64,000 nucleotides of DNA from Nibricoccus sp. (GTDB taxonomy: Bacteria; Verrucomicrobiota; Verrucomicrobiia; Opitutales; Opitutaceae), in NCBI GenBank assembly GCA_047602425.1, contig JASGHG010000001.1, positions 2,784,001-2,848,000 on the forward strand. Reading direction: 5' to 3'. The notes beneath the pieces were generated by a model. The model was not told the DNA's origin, searched no databases, and worked only from the letters and a program-made list of their open reading frames with translations. Shown in pieces: positions 27,852 through 37,273 of the stretch. Both the position numbers and the translations under genes were made by a program. Positions within the stretch are counted from its first letter, which is position 1, and every line of letters begins with the position of its first letter.

Positions 27852-27878
27852 TTAAGGTAATTCCAAAAGTGCCGATGG
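27852..27878 (+). promoter_or_regulatory. Sigma-28-type promoter for the HDOD gene
   Basis: TTAA-N15-GCCGATGG. Confidence 0.6.
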
Positions 27879-27888
27879 CTGGATTTGC

Positions 27889-28743
27889 ATGACCGCGGTC
27901 AAACCATCCCCGCAAAAACTTCAACAGATCGCCCAGCAGTTGCCGGCTTCGCCCCAAGTGCTCGCTTTGCTCAACGAACTGTTGATGGATGTGAATTCCG
28001 GTCTCGACGAAATCTCAGATTTGCTCCGGCGCGACACGGCACTCGCGGCGCGCATTATACGCATCAGCAACAGCGTGGCCTACGGTTCGTCGGGCGGCAT
28101 CGCGTCGATCGAGGAGGCCGTCAACCGCGTGGGTTTTTCCGAAGTCTACCGGCTCACCGGTCTCGCCGCCGCCGTCCAAATCATCGACCGCAACCTTTCC
28201 TTTTACGGCATCTCGGCGGATCAACTTCGTAACAATACGCTGGTTGTCGCGTTTGCCATGGATTCGTTGGCAAAATCAACCGGCATCGATGCGCGGGTGG
28301 GCTACACCGCCGGCCTCATGCGGTTGGTGGGCAGGCTCGTGTTGGATCACTATGCGAAATCGATCACGCCTGCGCCGGCAAATTTCCCGCGCTCCGGCAC
28401 ACCCGCTCTGCTCGACTGGGAGGCATCTGTTTTCGGCTGCACCAATGCCGAGGTGGGCGCCATCGTGATGTCGCAGTGGCGTTTCCCCGCTGGGATTACA
28501 GAACCAATCAAACAGCACTATTATACCCAGAAGCCCATCGGGACGGAAAGCCGCACGGCTTGTTTGCTCAACGTCGCTTGCGGCGTGGCCACCGAACTCG
28601 GCTTCGGCTTGCCGGGAGAGCAGGGCTATTGGACCGAGACTCCGGAGAAGCTGCAACTGGCAGGTTTGATGGATCATCAGGTGCGTCAAAGCGCGATCGA
28701 TGCGAGCGTGGGTTTTGAAGCGATCAAAAATTCACTCTACTGA
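27889..28743 (+). CDS. HDOD-domain signal-transduction protein
   Basis: LP..P.VL, D.ALAARIIRISNS..YG, SIEEAV.RVG, YTAGL...VGRLVL and W.FP motifs. Confidence 0.88.
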   Translation: MTAVKPSPQKLQQIAQQLPASPQVLALLNELLMDVNSGLDEISDLLRRDTALAARIIRISNSVAYGSSGGIASIEEAVNRVGFSEVYRLTGLAAAVQIIDRNLSFYGISADQLRNNTLVVAFAMDSLAKSTGIDARVGYTAGLMRLVGRLVLDHYAKSITPAPANFPRSGTPALLDWEASVFGCTNAEVGAIVMSQWRFPAGITEPIKQHYYTQKPIGTESRTACLLNVACGVATELGFGLPGEQGYWTETPEKLQLAGLMDHQVRQSAIDASVGFEAIKNSLY

Positions 28744-28847
28744 GGCGTTCACCCGATCGTTCGTGGGCAAAGGTTGAGCAGTTTTTGCCCGGGAATGCGC
28801 AATGGAGGGCCTTGCCCGCCGGATGGGACGTTTGCTAATCTACGGGC

Positions 28848-31109
28848 ATGCTCCCTCGCTCTGCGCCCCTTTGGATTAAAGGCCGGTTTGCCGGTTGGCG
28901 GAGCTATTTTTACGGGATGTTGGCCTTGGCTCTTGTTGCGGGTTCGTCTTTCTTGGGCGCCGCCGAGGACAAGCCGGCCGCGGCGGCTCCGGCGGCCAAT
29001 TCCAGCGCCAGCTGCCTCGAGTGCCATAGCGATCACACGCTGACCATGCGCAAGCAGAAGCGCGAGGTCTCGATTTTTGTCGATCAGGCTAAGTTGGGCA
29101 AATCCGTCCACGGGACGCTCGATTGCATCGATTGTCACGAGGGTTTTGATGGCGAAGCGGTGCCGCACAAGAAGCCGATGACGGTGGTCAGTTGCGCCTC
29201 CTGTCATGAGGAAAAGGACATTGCGAAAAAGCATGCCTTCCACGCCGACTTCGCCGGCAAGACTTCACCGAAGGCCGCAAATCTGACCTGCGTCACGTGT
29301 CACGGCACGCACGAAACAGTCAAGTTGCGTTCGCCGCTGGCGCCTTTTGCGCCCAAGCAGCAGGTTGAAAGCTGTGGCAAATGCCATGACTCCGCGCTCA
29401 AGCAGTTCACCGCGTCCGCCCACGGCAAGGCTTTGGCGAGCGCCGTGCCCGACGCTCCGCTTTGCCTCACCTGTCACAACAAACCCGTGACCAACGGCCA
29501 TGAGCCGGCCACGGTGCAGTTGAAGATCGCGCAGGCGCAGCTTTGCGAATCCTGTCACGTGCAAAAAACCGCGGTCGCCGACCAGACGCTGCGGGGCACG
29601 GGTTTTGTCTCCAGTTTCGATAAGAGCGTGCACGGTGCCGCGCTCCAAAAGGGCAAGGCGGAAGCGGCCAACTGTGTCGATTGCCACGGCGCGCATGAAA
29701 TGAATCGCGCGATCGCCATTGGTTCCAAAATCAATAAACAGAACCAACCCGAAACCTGCGCCAAGTGCCACGAGAAAACGGCCGCGCAATATGCCGACAG
29801 CGTTCATGCTGTCGCGCTGAAGAAGGGTAATCTCGATTCGCCGGTTTGCACCGATTGCCATGGCGAACACGAGATCAAGGCCCACACCGATCCCGGTGCG
29901 CCCATTCACGAACGCAACGTCGCCCAACAGGTTTGCGCCAGCTGTCACGCTTCATTGAAGCTCACGCAGAAATACGGCCTTTCCTCGAAATCGTTCCAGA
30001 CCTTTGCCGACAGTTATCACGGACTCGCGGCGCGCGGTGGTGCGGTCGAAGTCGTTAACTGCGCGAGTTGCCACGACACGCACGCCATCAAGTCGCACCT
30101 CGATCCTACTTCGACCGTGCACAAGTCCAACCTCGTGCAGACTTGCGGCCAGTGTCATCCCGGCGCGAATACACGCTTCACCGTGGGCTCCGTTCACGTG
30201 AGCACCGATGCGGCGAGTTCGTCCGGTTCGACCGATAAGAACAGCGCCATCATCCAACTCGTGGCCAATATCTACGTGTGGATGATCGTAGTGGTGGTGG
30301 GCGGAATGTTCATCCACAACGCGCTCGATCTCTTCAAAAAAATCCGTCGCAAGCTCGCCATTCAGAAAGGCCTGATTGAAGAGGAACACGTCGAGCATCG
30401 CCTCTACCTGCGCATGACCGTGCACGAACGCCTGCAGCACGCGGTGCTTGTCATCAGCTTTGTTTTGTTGGTGGTGACTGGTTTCATGTTGCGCTATCCC
30501 GAGGCCTGGTGGGTCGTCGCGATTCGCAATCTCAGCGCGGGCGCCTTCGAATGGCGCAGTCTCATCCATCGCATCGCGGGCGTTGTCATGCTGGCCGCGG
30601 GCGTCTGGCACGTGAGTTATCTGTTGTTCACCAAGCCCGGTCGCTCGCTGCTCTGGGATTTGTTGCCGCGCTGGCGCGATTTCTCGGACCCGATCAAGGT
30701 CATGAAATACAATCTGGGCCTCGCTTCGTCCAAACCCGATTTCCCGCGCTTCAGTTACATTGAAAAGGCGGAGTATTGGGCGCTCGTCTGGGGCACGCTG
30801 TTGATGGGCGTGACTGGTGCTATCTTGTGGTTCGACAACACCTCGATGGGACTTTTCACCAAGCTCGGCTTCGATATTTCGCGCGTCATCCACTTCTACG
30901 AGGCGATTCTCGCCACGCTGGCGATCATCGTCTGGCATTTCTATTTCGTGCTCTTTAACCCGGACATTTACCCAATGAATCTCGCCTGGCTGACCGGCCG
31001 CATGTCGGAGCGCGAGATGCTTGAAGAACACCCGTTGGAGCTGAAGCGTCTGAAAGAAGAAGAAGCGAAGAAAGCCGCGCAGGAAAAAACTCCGCCGCCG
31101 GAAATGTAA
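28848..31109 (+). CDS. Multiheme cytochrome c (13 CxxCH) fused to a HydC/FdnI-type cytochrome b membrane domain (CbcL-like)
   Basis: 13 CxxCH motifs counted. C-terminal TM helices with ERLQH, LIHR, FSYIEKAEYW, VIHFYE and WHFY. Start may be 28917. Confidence 0.88.
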   Translation: MLPRSAPLWIKGRFAGWRSYFYGMLALALVAGSSFLGAAEDKPAAAAPAANSSASCLECHSDHTLTMRKQKREVSIFVDQAKLGKSVHGTLDCIDCHEGFDGEAVPHKKPMTVVSCASCHEEKDIAKKHAFHADFAGKTSPKAANLTCVTCHGTHETVKLRSPLAPFAPKQQVESCGKCHDSALKQFTASAHGKALASAVPDAPLCLTCHNKPVTNGHEPATVQLKIAQAQLCESCHVQKTAVADQTLRGTGFVSSFDKSVHGAALQKGKAEAANCVDCHGAHEMNRAIAIGSKINKQNQPETCAKCHEKTAAQYADSVHAVALKKGNLDSPVCTDCHGEHEIKAHTDPGAPIHERNVAQQVCASCHASLKLTQKYGLSSKSFQTFADSYHGLAARGGAVEVVNCASCHDTHAIKSHLDPTSTVHKSNLVQTCGQCHPGANTRFTVGSVHVSTDAASSSGSTDKNSAIIQLVANIYVWMIVVVVGGMFIHNALDLFKKIRRKLAIQKGLIEEEHVEHRLYLRMTVHERLQHAVLVISFVLLVVTGFMLRYPEAWWVVAIRNLSAGAFEWRSLIHRIAGVVMLAAGVWHVSYLLFTKPGRSLLWDLLPRWRDFSDPIKVMKYNLGLASSKPDFPRFSYIEKAEYWALVWGTLLMGVTGAILWFDNTSMGLFTKLGFDISRVIHFYEAILATLAIIVWHFYFVLFNPDIYPMNLAWLTGRMSEREMLEEHPLELKRLKEEEAKKAAQEKTPPPEM

Positions 31110-31314
31110 GCTCGTGGTGTAAACCCCACCGCATTCACAAACGTTCGAGATGGAACGCTTTGACCTCAACGCGTTGGTTTGGCCCAAGGTAAAGAGCATT
31201 GGTTAGTACGCGGTACGTTTCATTTCCAGCGAGACGGCGCGTTCCGACCACGATCCTCCCGCCAATCTTAAGGTTGCTAGGAACTTAAGACTGCTTAACG
31301 TGACTGCTCCCGCC

Positions 31315-32643
31315 ATGTCAGGACTTTCCTCCGAACTGCTCATCCTCTTCCTGCTTTTATTGGCCAATGGCCTTTTTGCCATGGCGGAAATCGCAGTGGT
31401 TTCGGCCCGCAAAGCTTGGCTTAAAGGGCTGGCCGACAAGGGGAATGAACGCGCCAAAGCGACTCTGGCCATCGCCCGCGATCCGAGTCGTTTCCTCTCA
31501 GCCGTTCAAGTCGGCATTACCTTGGTGGGCGTACTGGCGGGAGTTTTGGGCGGAGCGACGCTCACCCGCATGATCGAGGAGCTGCTGTTGTTTCACGACC
31601 TGTTTGCCGAATATGCGCATAATATCGCGCTCGGCATCGTCGTGACGGGAATCACGCTCGCTTCGGTCGTGATCGGCGAACTCATTCCCAAGCGTCTCGG
31701 CCTCATTAATCCTGAGCGCATCGCTTTATATATCGCGCCCACGATTAATAACCTCGCGCGGCTTGTCTCGCCTGCCGTGAGTCTGCTCACGTTTTTGACC
31801 GATGGCATCCTGCGGGTTTTCGGGGTCAAAGCGCAGCCGTTGGAAAAACCTGTTTCCGAAGAAGAGGTGAACATCCTCATCGAGCAGGGTATGCACGCGG
31901 GCGTCTTCAACAAAACCGAAAAGGAAATGGTGGCCGGCGTGCTTGAGCTGGATCAGTTGCCCGTCACCGCGATCATGACGCCGAGGCCGAAAATCGTTTT
32001 CCTCAATCTCGACGATCCCGAAGAGGCCAACTGGCGCAAAATCGTCGCGAGCGGTCACTCGTATTTCCCCGTCTTCCAAGGCAACCGCGATCAAGTGCTA
32101 GGACTTGTTTCCGTGAAAGCGCTTTGGGCGCACTCCGCGATCGGCGTATCCACCAGCCTGAAAAACCTGATGGTCCCGGCGCTGATCGTGCCGGAGACGA
32201 TGACGGCGATCCAACTGCTTGAATCCTTCAAGAAATCCAGCCGCCACATTGCTCTCATCAGCGACGAATTTGGCGCGATCCAAGGGCTGACGACTCTCAT
32301 CGACGTTTTGGAAGCTATCGTGGGCGATCTGCCCGCACAAGGCCGTCGTGAGGCGCCGGGCGCGAGACAACGCGAGGACGGTTCCTGGCTGGTCGACGCC
32401 ACGCTGGCGATCAGCGACGTCAAGCGTATGTTTAAGTTGGATACGCTGCCGCACGAAGAGGAAGCCGACTTTCAAACGCTGGGCGGTTTCGTGATGACTC
32501 ATTTCGGACGCATCCCGGCGGCGGGCGATTATTTCGACCACGAAGGCTGGCGCTTCGAAGTAGTCGACATGGACCGCCACCGCGTCGACAAGGTCCTTGT
32601 TGCAAAAGCACCCGCATCGGCGGTGGAAAAAGCCGCGGGGTAG
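31315..32643 (+). CDS. HlyC/CorC (hemolysin-like) family protein: DUF21 + CBS pair + CorC_HlyC
   Basis: NGLFAMAEIAVVS, FLSAVQVGIT, GELIPK, IMTPR, DEFG...GL.T..D.LE.IVG and TLGGF motifs. Confidence 0.92.
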   Translation: MSGLSSELLILFLLLLANGLFAMAEIAVVSARKAWLKGLADKGNERAKATLAIARDPSRFLSAVQVGITLVGVLAGVLGGATLTRMIEELLLFHDLFAEYAHNIALGIVVTGITLASVVIGELIPKRLGLINPERIALYIAPTINNLARLVSPAVSLLTFLTDGILRVFGVKAQPLEKPVSEEEVNILIEQGMHAGVFNKTEKEMVAGVLELDQLPVTAIMTPRPKIVFLNLDDPEEANWRKIVASGHSYFPVFQGNRDQVLGLVSVKALWAHSAIGVSTSLKNLMVPALIVPETMTAIQLLESFKKSSRHIALISDEFGAIQGLTTLIDVLEAIVGDLPAQGRREAPGARQREDGSWLVDATLAISDVKRMFKLDTLPHEEEADFQTLGGFVMTHFGRIPAAGDYFDHEGWRFEVVDMDRHRVDKVLVAKAPASAVEKAAG

Positions 32644-32654
32644 AATCCGGTGTC

Positions 32655-33014
32655 ATGAACACCCGGCTGAAAGTCTTGTTTGTTTGCGCGATGAACAAGC
32701 AGCGCAGTGTGACGGCCGAATGTCTTTATCGGAATGATCCACGGCTCGAGGTCCGCTCGGCGGGTGTTCGGGAGGGGGCGGCAAGGCGGGTGAGCGAAGC
32801 GGACCTCAAATGGGCGGACGTTGTTTTTGTGATGGAGCGGGATCAGAAGCAGTGGATCGCCGAACGCTTTCGCGAAACGGATTTACCGCCCATCGACGTA
32901 TTGGATATTCCGGACGATTTCGACGTCATGGAGCCGCAGCTCCAGGAAATCATGCGCTCGTTGCTCGATCCCGAACTCGATCACTTGGTGCGCACGAAAA
33001 AGCCGCAACCTTGA
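32655..33014 (+). CDS. Low-molecular-weight protein tyrosine phosphatase-like protein
   Basis: VLFVCAMNKQRS (CX5R), SAG, WADVVFVME and LDIPDD motifs. Confidence 0.85.
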   Translation: MNTRLKVLFVCAMNKQRSVTAECLYRNDPRLEVRSAGVREGAARRVSEADLKWADVVFVMERDQKQWIAERFRETDLPPIDVLDIPDDFDVMEPQLQEIMRSLLDPELDHLVRTKKPQP

Positions 33015-33030
33015 TGGTCGCGGCTTTTTT
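32997..33030. terminator. Bidirectional rho-independent terminator
   Basis: AAAAAGCCGCAACC-TTGAT-GGTCGCGGCTTTTTT between convergent genes. Confidence 0.7.
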
Positions 33031-33057
33031 CAAACTAGAGGTATTGACTGGATTGGC

Positions 33058-34041
33058 TCAGAACAGCTTTCCGGCGACGACGCCGACGGCGGAAATCGGG
33101 CCGGAGTCGCCCATGCCGTCGACGGCGCTGTCCACTTTGCGCAGGGTGGCCTGAGCGTCGCGAATCAGTTGGTCGTTGGTGATGAGCTGGCCGAAAGTGC
33201 TGTTCGGATTGTTCAGCTTTTCGGAGAGGTCGCGCAGGTTCTTCACGACGAGCTTGATGTTATTCCCGGCTTCCTCGTCATACACCAGCGTGCCGACGGT
33301 GCCTTTACCGGTTTTGACTTGATCGATAATGGTCTGCGTATTTGCGAGGAAGGTGCGCGCATCGGCCGCGGCGCCCTTGATCTCGTTGACGGTGGCAAGC
33401 AGTTCGTTGTAAGCGGCGGGATCGTTGACGAGCTTGCCGAGGGTTCCCTCGCCGTTGCGGATCTTGGCGGTGATCTCCTCGACGTTGGCCATGGTGGCGG
33501 AGATTTTCGCGCTGTTTTCGGCGACGAGCTTGTCGAGTTTTTGGAAGAGACCACCTTGGCCGTCGGATCCGCCGGAAAACGAGGCGAGCGCGTTTTTGAT
33601 GTCCTGGCCGAGGCTGCCGAGATCGGCCATAACCTGGTTCAAATCGCCAACATCCCGGGTGCGGAGCTCTGAGCCCGGCTCATGAACACCTGCTTCGGGA
33701 CTGCCGAGGTTGAGCGAAACGTAGTTGGTGCCGATGAGGCCGGCCATCGAGATGGAGGCGACGGAATCCTTGGCAATTTTATACTGCGGTTGGATGTTGA
33801 GCACGGCTTCGGCGCGGCTGCCGGTGAGCTGGGTGCGCTCGACGATGCCGATGCGGACGCCGGCCATGCGGACGTCGTCGCCGGCCTTGAGTTCCTTGAG
33901 CGTGCGGAAACCGGCCACGACGGTGTAGCCCTTCTTTGTGTTGACGCTGTTGCCGCGCAGGGCGTCGAAGGTCACCCAGGCGAGCACGATGCCGATGAAA
34001 AAGAAAACGCCGACGCGGGCGGACATTTGTGTGTGGTTCAT
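33058..34041 (-). CDS. mlaD: MlaD/MCE-domain protein with a long helical C-terminus
   Basis: N-terminal TM, L..G.DVRMAGV.IG.V, GLIG..YV.L..G and repeated 'G.GTLGKLV.D' helical segments. Confidence 0.88.
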   Translation of the reverse strand: MNHTQMSARVGVFFFIGIVLAWVTFDALRGNSVNTKKGYTVVAGFRTLKELKAGDDVRMAGVRIGIVERTQLTGSRAEAVLNIQPQYKIAKDSVASISMAGLIGTNYVSLNLGSPEAGVHEPGSELRTRDVGDLNQVMADLGSLGQDIKNALASFSGGSDGQGGLFQKLDKLVAENSAKISATMANVEEITAKIRNGEGTLGKLVNDPAAYNELLATVNEIKGAAADARTFLANTQTIIDQVKTGKGTVGTLVYDEEAGNNIKLVVKNLRDLSEKLNNPNSTFGQLITNDQLIRDAQATLRKVDSAVDGMGDSGPISAVGVVAGKLF

Positions 34042-34043
34042 AG

Positions 34044-34841
34044 TTAGGCCTCCAGTTTTTGATAACGGGGATTCTTAAGGTCGATTTGCGGATTTAAAAA
34101 GTCGACGACGTCCGGGTCGGTGACGCGACGGAGCTCGTCGGCGGTGGAAACCGTGCGCAGCGTGCCTTTCATGAGGATCGCGATGCGATCGGCGATGGTG
34201 AGCGCGAGGTCGCGGTCATGGGAAACGACGATGGTCGTGACTTGGAACTCATGTTTCAGCGTGGCGATGATTTCGCTGATGGTGGCGGACATCACCGGGT
34301 CGAGTTCGGAAGTGGGTTCGTCGTAGAGGAGAAGCTGAGGCTCCATGACCAGCGCGCGGGCAATGGCCACGCGTTTCTTCATGCCGCCGGAGAGCTCGGA
34401 AGGGAATTTTTTCGCGGCGTTTTCCAACGAGAGAATTTTCAACGCCCGCATCACGCGTTCGCGGATTTCGTGCTTGGTGCAGAGACGGTGCTCGAGCGGA
34501 TAGAGCGCGAGGTTTTCGTAGACGGAAAGGGAGTTGAAGAGCGCGCCCGCCTGGAAAACGAGGGCGAGGGCAAAACGATCGCGGGTGTCGGGATCCGTGG
34601 GATCGTAGCCGTTGATGCGAACGGTGCCGCTGTTCGGAGTTTCGAGGCCGGCGATGTGGCGGAGAAGCACGCTTTTGCCCGAACCGCTGGGACCCATGAT
34701 GACGAAGATTTCCCCAGGCTTGATGGTGAGGCTGACGTCTTTGAGGACGGTTTGGTTGTCGAATTTCTTCGACAGGTGGGCGACCTCGACGCCGACCGGG
34801 TTGCGGTCGGTGCGGTTATGAGTTGTGGGGGGCTTGTTCAT
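34044..34841 (-). CDS. mlaF: MlaF-family ABC ATP-binding protein
   Basis: GPSGSGKS, FQAGALFNSL, LSGGMKKRVAIARA and YDEPT..LDP motifs. ATG overlaps the mlaE stop (TAATG). Confidence 0.9.
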   Translation of the reverse strand: MNKPPTTHNRTDRNPVGVEVAHLSKKFDNQTVLKDVSLTIKPGEIFVIMGPSGSGKSVLLRHIAGLETPNSGTVRINGYDPTDPDTRDRFALALVFQAGALFNSLSVYENLALYPLEHRLCTKHEIRERVMRALKILSLENAAKKFPSELSGGMKKRVAIARALVMEPQLLLYDEPTSELDPVMSATISEIIATLKHEFQVTTIVVSHDRDLALTIADRIAILMKGTLRTVSTADELRRVTDPDVVDFLNPQIDLKNPRYQKLEA

Positions 34842-35593
34842 TACGCGAGGGCCTTGGTGATGAAGTAGTCGAGGATCAGGATGGTGACCAGCGAGAGCAC
34901 GACTGAGCGGGTGACGGCGTAACCGATTTCGCGCGGACCGCCCTTGGTGCGCAGGCCGGTGTTGCAGGCGATGAGCATGATGCAGAAGCCAAAAATCTCG
35001 GCCTTGAGCAGGCCCTTGAAAACTTTTGCCGGTGTAAGGAAGGACGTGAGACTGTGGAAATATTGTTCGGAGCTGACGCCGATAAATCCGACGTATTCGC
35101 AAACGATCGCGCCGCCGAACCAGCCGATGACAATGCCGATGATTGTGATAATCGGCATGTATAACAACACGGCCACTAGGCGGGGGAGAACGAGGAAACG
35201 TTCCGGTGGAATGTTCATCGTCGTGAGCGCGTCGATTTCCTGATAGACCTTCATGGACGCGAGTTCGGCCGTGGTCGCGGAAGCGACGCGGCCTGCAAGC
35301 AGGATCGCCACCATCACCGGTCCGAGTTCGCGCACAAGGGATTCGCCGACGAGCGTGCCGATGACTTGTTTCATGCCGACCGACTGCAGGGTGAGGCCGG
35401 CCTGAAGAGCGAGCACAGCGCCGATGAAGAAGCTGAGAATGGAAACGATTGGCAGCGAAGAGTAGCCGCCAAAAAAGGCCTGCTCGACCACGCGCTTGAT
35501 GATGCGCGGGGCGCTGGGCAGCGACACGAAGGCGCGGTACGCGAGAACGACCGCGCTGCCGAGTCCTTCGAAAACGGTGTTTACTTTATTCAT
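34841..35593 (-). CDS. mlaE: MlaE-family ABC permease
   Basis: RELGPV...LLAGRV....AEL.SMKV..EIDAL..M...P..FLV.PR motif. Confidence 0.92.
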   Translation of the reverse strand: MNKVNTVFEGLGSAVVLAYRAFVSLPSAPRIIKRVVEQAFFGGYSSLPIVSILSFFIGAVLALQAGLTLQSVGMKQVIGTLVGESLVRELGPVMVAILLAGRVASATTAELASMKVYQEIDALTTMNIPPERFLVLPRLVAVLLYMPIITIIGIVIGWFGGAIVCEYVGFIGVSSEQYFHSLTSFLTPAKVFKGLLKAEIFGFCIMLIACNTGLRTKGGPREIGYAVTRSVVLSLVTILILDYFITKALA

Positions 35594-37167
35594 GGCTGAG
35601 TGGGCTCGGTTTTGGCGGGCCTGCGTTTGAAATCGAAGAGGAAAATCCGCCAGCGACTCTCGGGTGTTTCACGTTTCCAACCGATCAGGCCGCACCCGAT
35701 CGCAACGCGGTTGGCGGCAGTTCCTTTGTCGACGCTGAAAAGAGGCCCGAGGTGAAACTCACGCTGTGACGGAGAGCGGCGCCACGAGATGAAATTCCAG
35801 AGCAAGGTGTGCTTCCGGTCGTCGGGCGTTGCCTGATCGTAGCGGTAAATGGAGAAGAGCGGATCCCAGCTGAGCTTGATCGGCTCGTTGTACGGAAACA
35901 GCGACGAGAAGAGGCTGAGCGCCTGGAATTGTTTTTGGCCGGCGCCGTTGTCCCAATAGCTAACCAAAGGCCAGAGGTGTGTCTTGCGTGCAGGCGGCAG
36001 ATGGGGTTTTTTTGCGCTGCGCTGGACATTCGAGTTCCAGACGAACCACAGAAAACGATTGTGCGTTTGGTCGAGACCGGCATCGGTCCAGGTCTTGTGA
36101 CACCAGAGCGGCCAAAGCACCCACGTTTTGTCGATGCCCTTGCGGATCGAGTGCGTGTAGAACGGACCCCAACGGTTGACGTAGGCCTGGTCGCCGCGGC
36201 CCTGCACAAAAAGCGGCCAGAAATAACTCGTCTCGTGATACCGCACTGGAGAGATCCGGTCGGTATAACCAAAAAACGGCCCGACGAAGGTCTTTTTTGT
36301 GACTTCAGGGCTGGTGTAACTGGCATAAAAAGGCAGCACACCAAAGCTGACTCTCGGTTGTTCCTGCCAAAGCGCGTGCTCGTCTTTGTAGATGAGCGGC
36401 CAGAGATAAAATTGTTCGCGATAAGCGCCTTCTTTTTCGCGTCGACCGAAGAGCGGCCAGAATGTGAACCCATGGTTGCCCTCGCCCTCGATCTTGCGAA
36501 AAAACGGCCAGAGCACGGCGGTGGTCGTGACATTATGTTTTTCGGCGCGCGCGTAGATCGGGAATAACGTCCAGCTCAGATGATCGAGGCCAAAACGCTT
36601 GTGGATGGTGCCGTGAATCGGGAAAACCGCGTGATACGAAGTCGCAGGATCCTGCGTGTCGCGGGAAAAATAGACCGGCCACAAATCAAAACCGCCGGGC
36701 TGTATTTGGCGCCCGCCGGTCGCTGATGCGGTCGTTTCGCTTGGCTGGCCATCGGCACGGTAGCTGTTGATCAAATTGAAGAAACTCCATCGATGGCCAT
36801 AGCGCGTGGTGTGGTAACTAAAAATTGGATACAAGAAGTAAGATGACCTGTTGCCATTGTCGGGATTGGTTTTCTCGACATAGAAAGGCCGGAAGCCGCC
36901 GGCGGTTTGGGCGGGTGCATCCTGCGTAGGATAGGCGCCATGGAAGAAAAACGGCCCGACTGCGCTCCACCGCACGGTGGGAGCCTCGGTTTCACCCTCG
37001 GTCTGGCCGACCCAGAACGGCCAGAGGTTTTGCTCGGCCGCGCGGAGCCCCAAAGCGGGCAGGGCGGCGAAACCCAGCAGCAGGCAGAAAGTCTGGCGTA
37101 GTGTGATGGTTTGTAGTTTCAAGCAGGCGCGGTCAGGCGCACCGGCCTCCAGCGGATGAGTCGGCAA
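35590..37167 (-). CDS. Exported aromatic-rich protein with ~20 'xWP[FL][FY]' beta-hairpin-like repeats
   Basis: Signal-like segment followed by LWPFW, GPFF, YPIF, LWPVY, LWPFF, FWPLF, LWPLI etc. Stop overlaps the mlaE start. Start position uncertain. Confidence 0.75.
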   Translation of the reverse strand: MPTHPLEAGAPDRACLKLQTITLRQTFCLLLGFAALPALGLRAAEQNLWPFWVGQTEGETEAPTVRWSAVGPFFFHGAYPTQDAPAQTAGGFRPFYVEKTNPDNGNRSSYFLYPIFSYHTTRYGHRWSFFNLINSYRADGQPSETTASATGGRQIQPGGFDLWPVYFSRDTQDPATSYHAVFPIHGTIHKRFGLDHLSWTLFPIYARAEKHNVTTTAVLWPFFRKIEGEGNHGFTFWPLFGRREKEGAYREQFYLWPLIYKDEHALWQEQPRVSFGVLPFYASYTSPEVTKKTFVGPFFGYTDRISPVRYHETSYFWPLFVQGRGDQAYVNRWGPFYTHSIRKGIDKTWVLWPLWCHKTWTDAGLDQTHNRFLWFVWNSNVQRSAKKPHLPPARKTHLWPLVSYWDNGAGQKQFQALSLFSSLFPYNEPIKLSWDPLFSIYRYDQATPDDRKHTLLWNFISWRRSPSQREFHLGPLFSVDKGTAANRVAIGCGLIGWKRETPESRWRIFLFDFKRRPAKTEPTQP

Positions 37168-37273
37168 CCGTGGCGGGATCGGTGGATCGTTAGGGTCCTA
37201 ACAATAGGGAGTAATTGGCTTTTGCAAAATATATTATGGGTCGGCTGAGGCTTGTGGCTGCGAAAGTGGTTAC

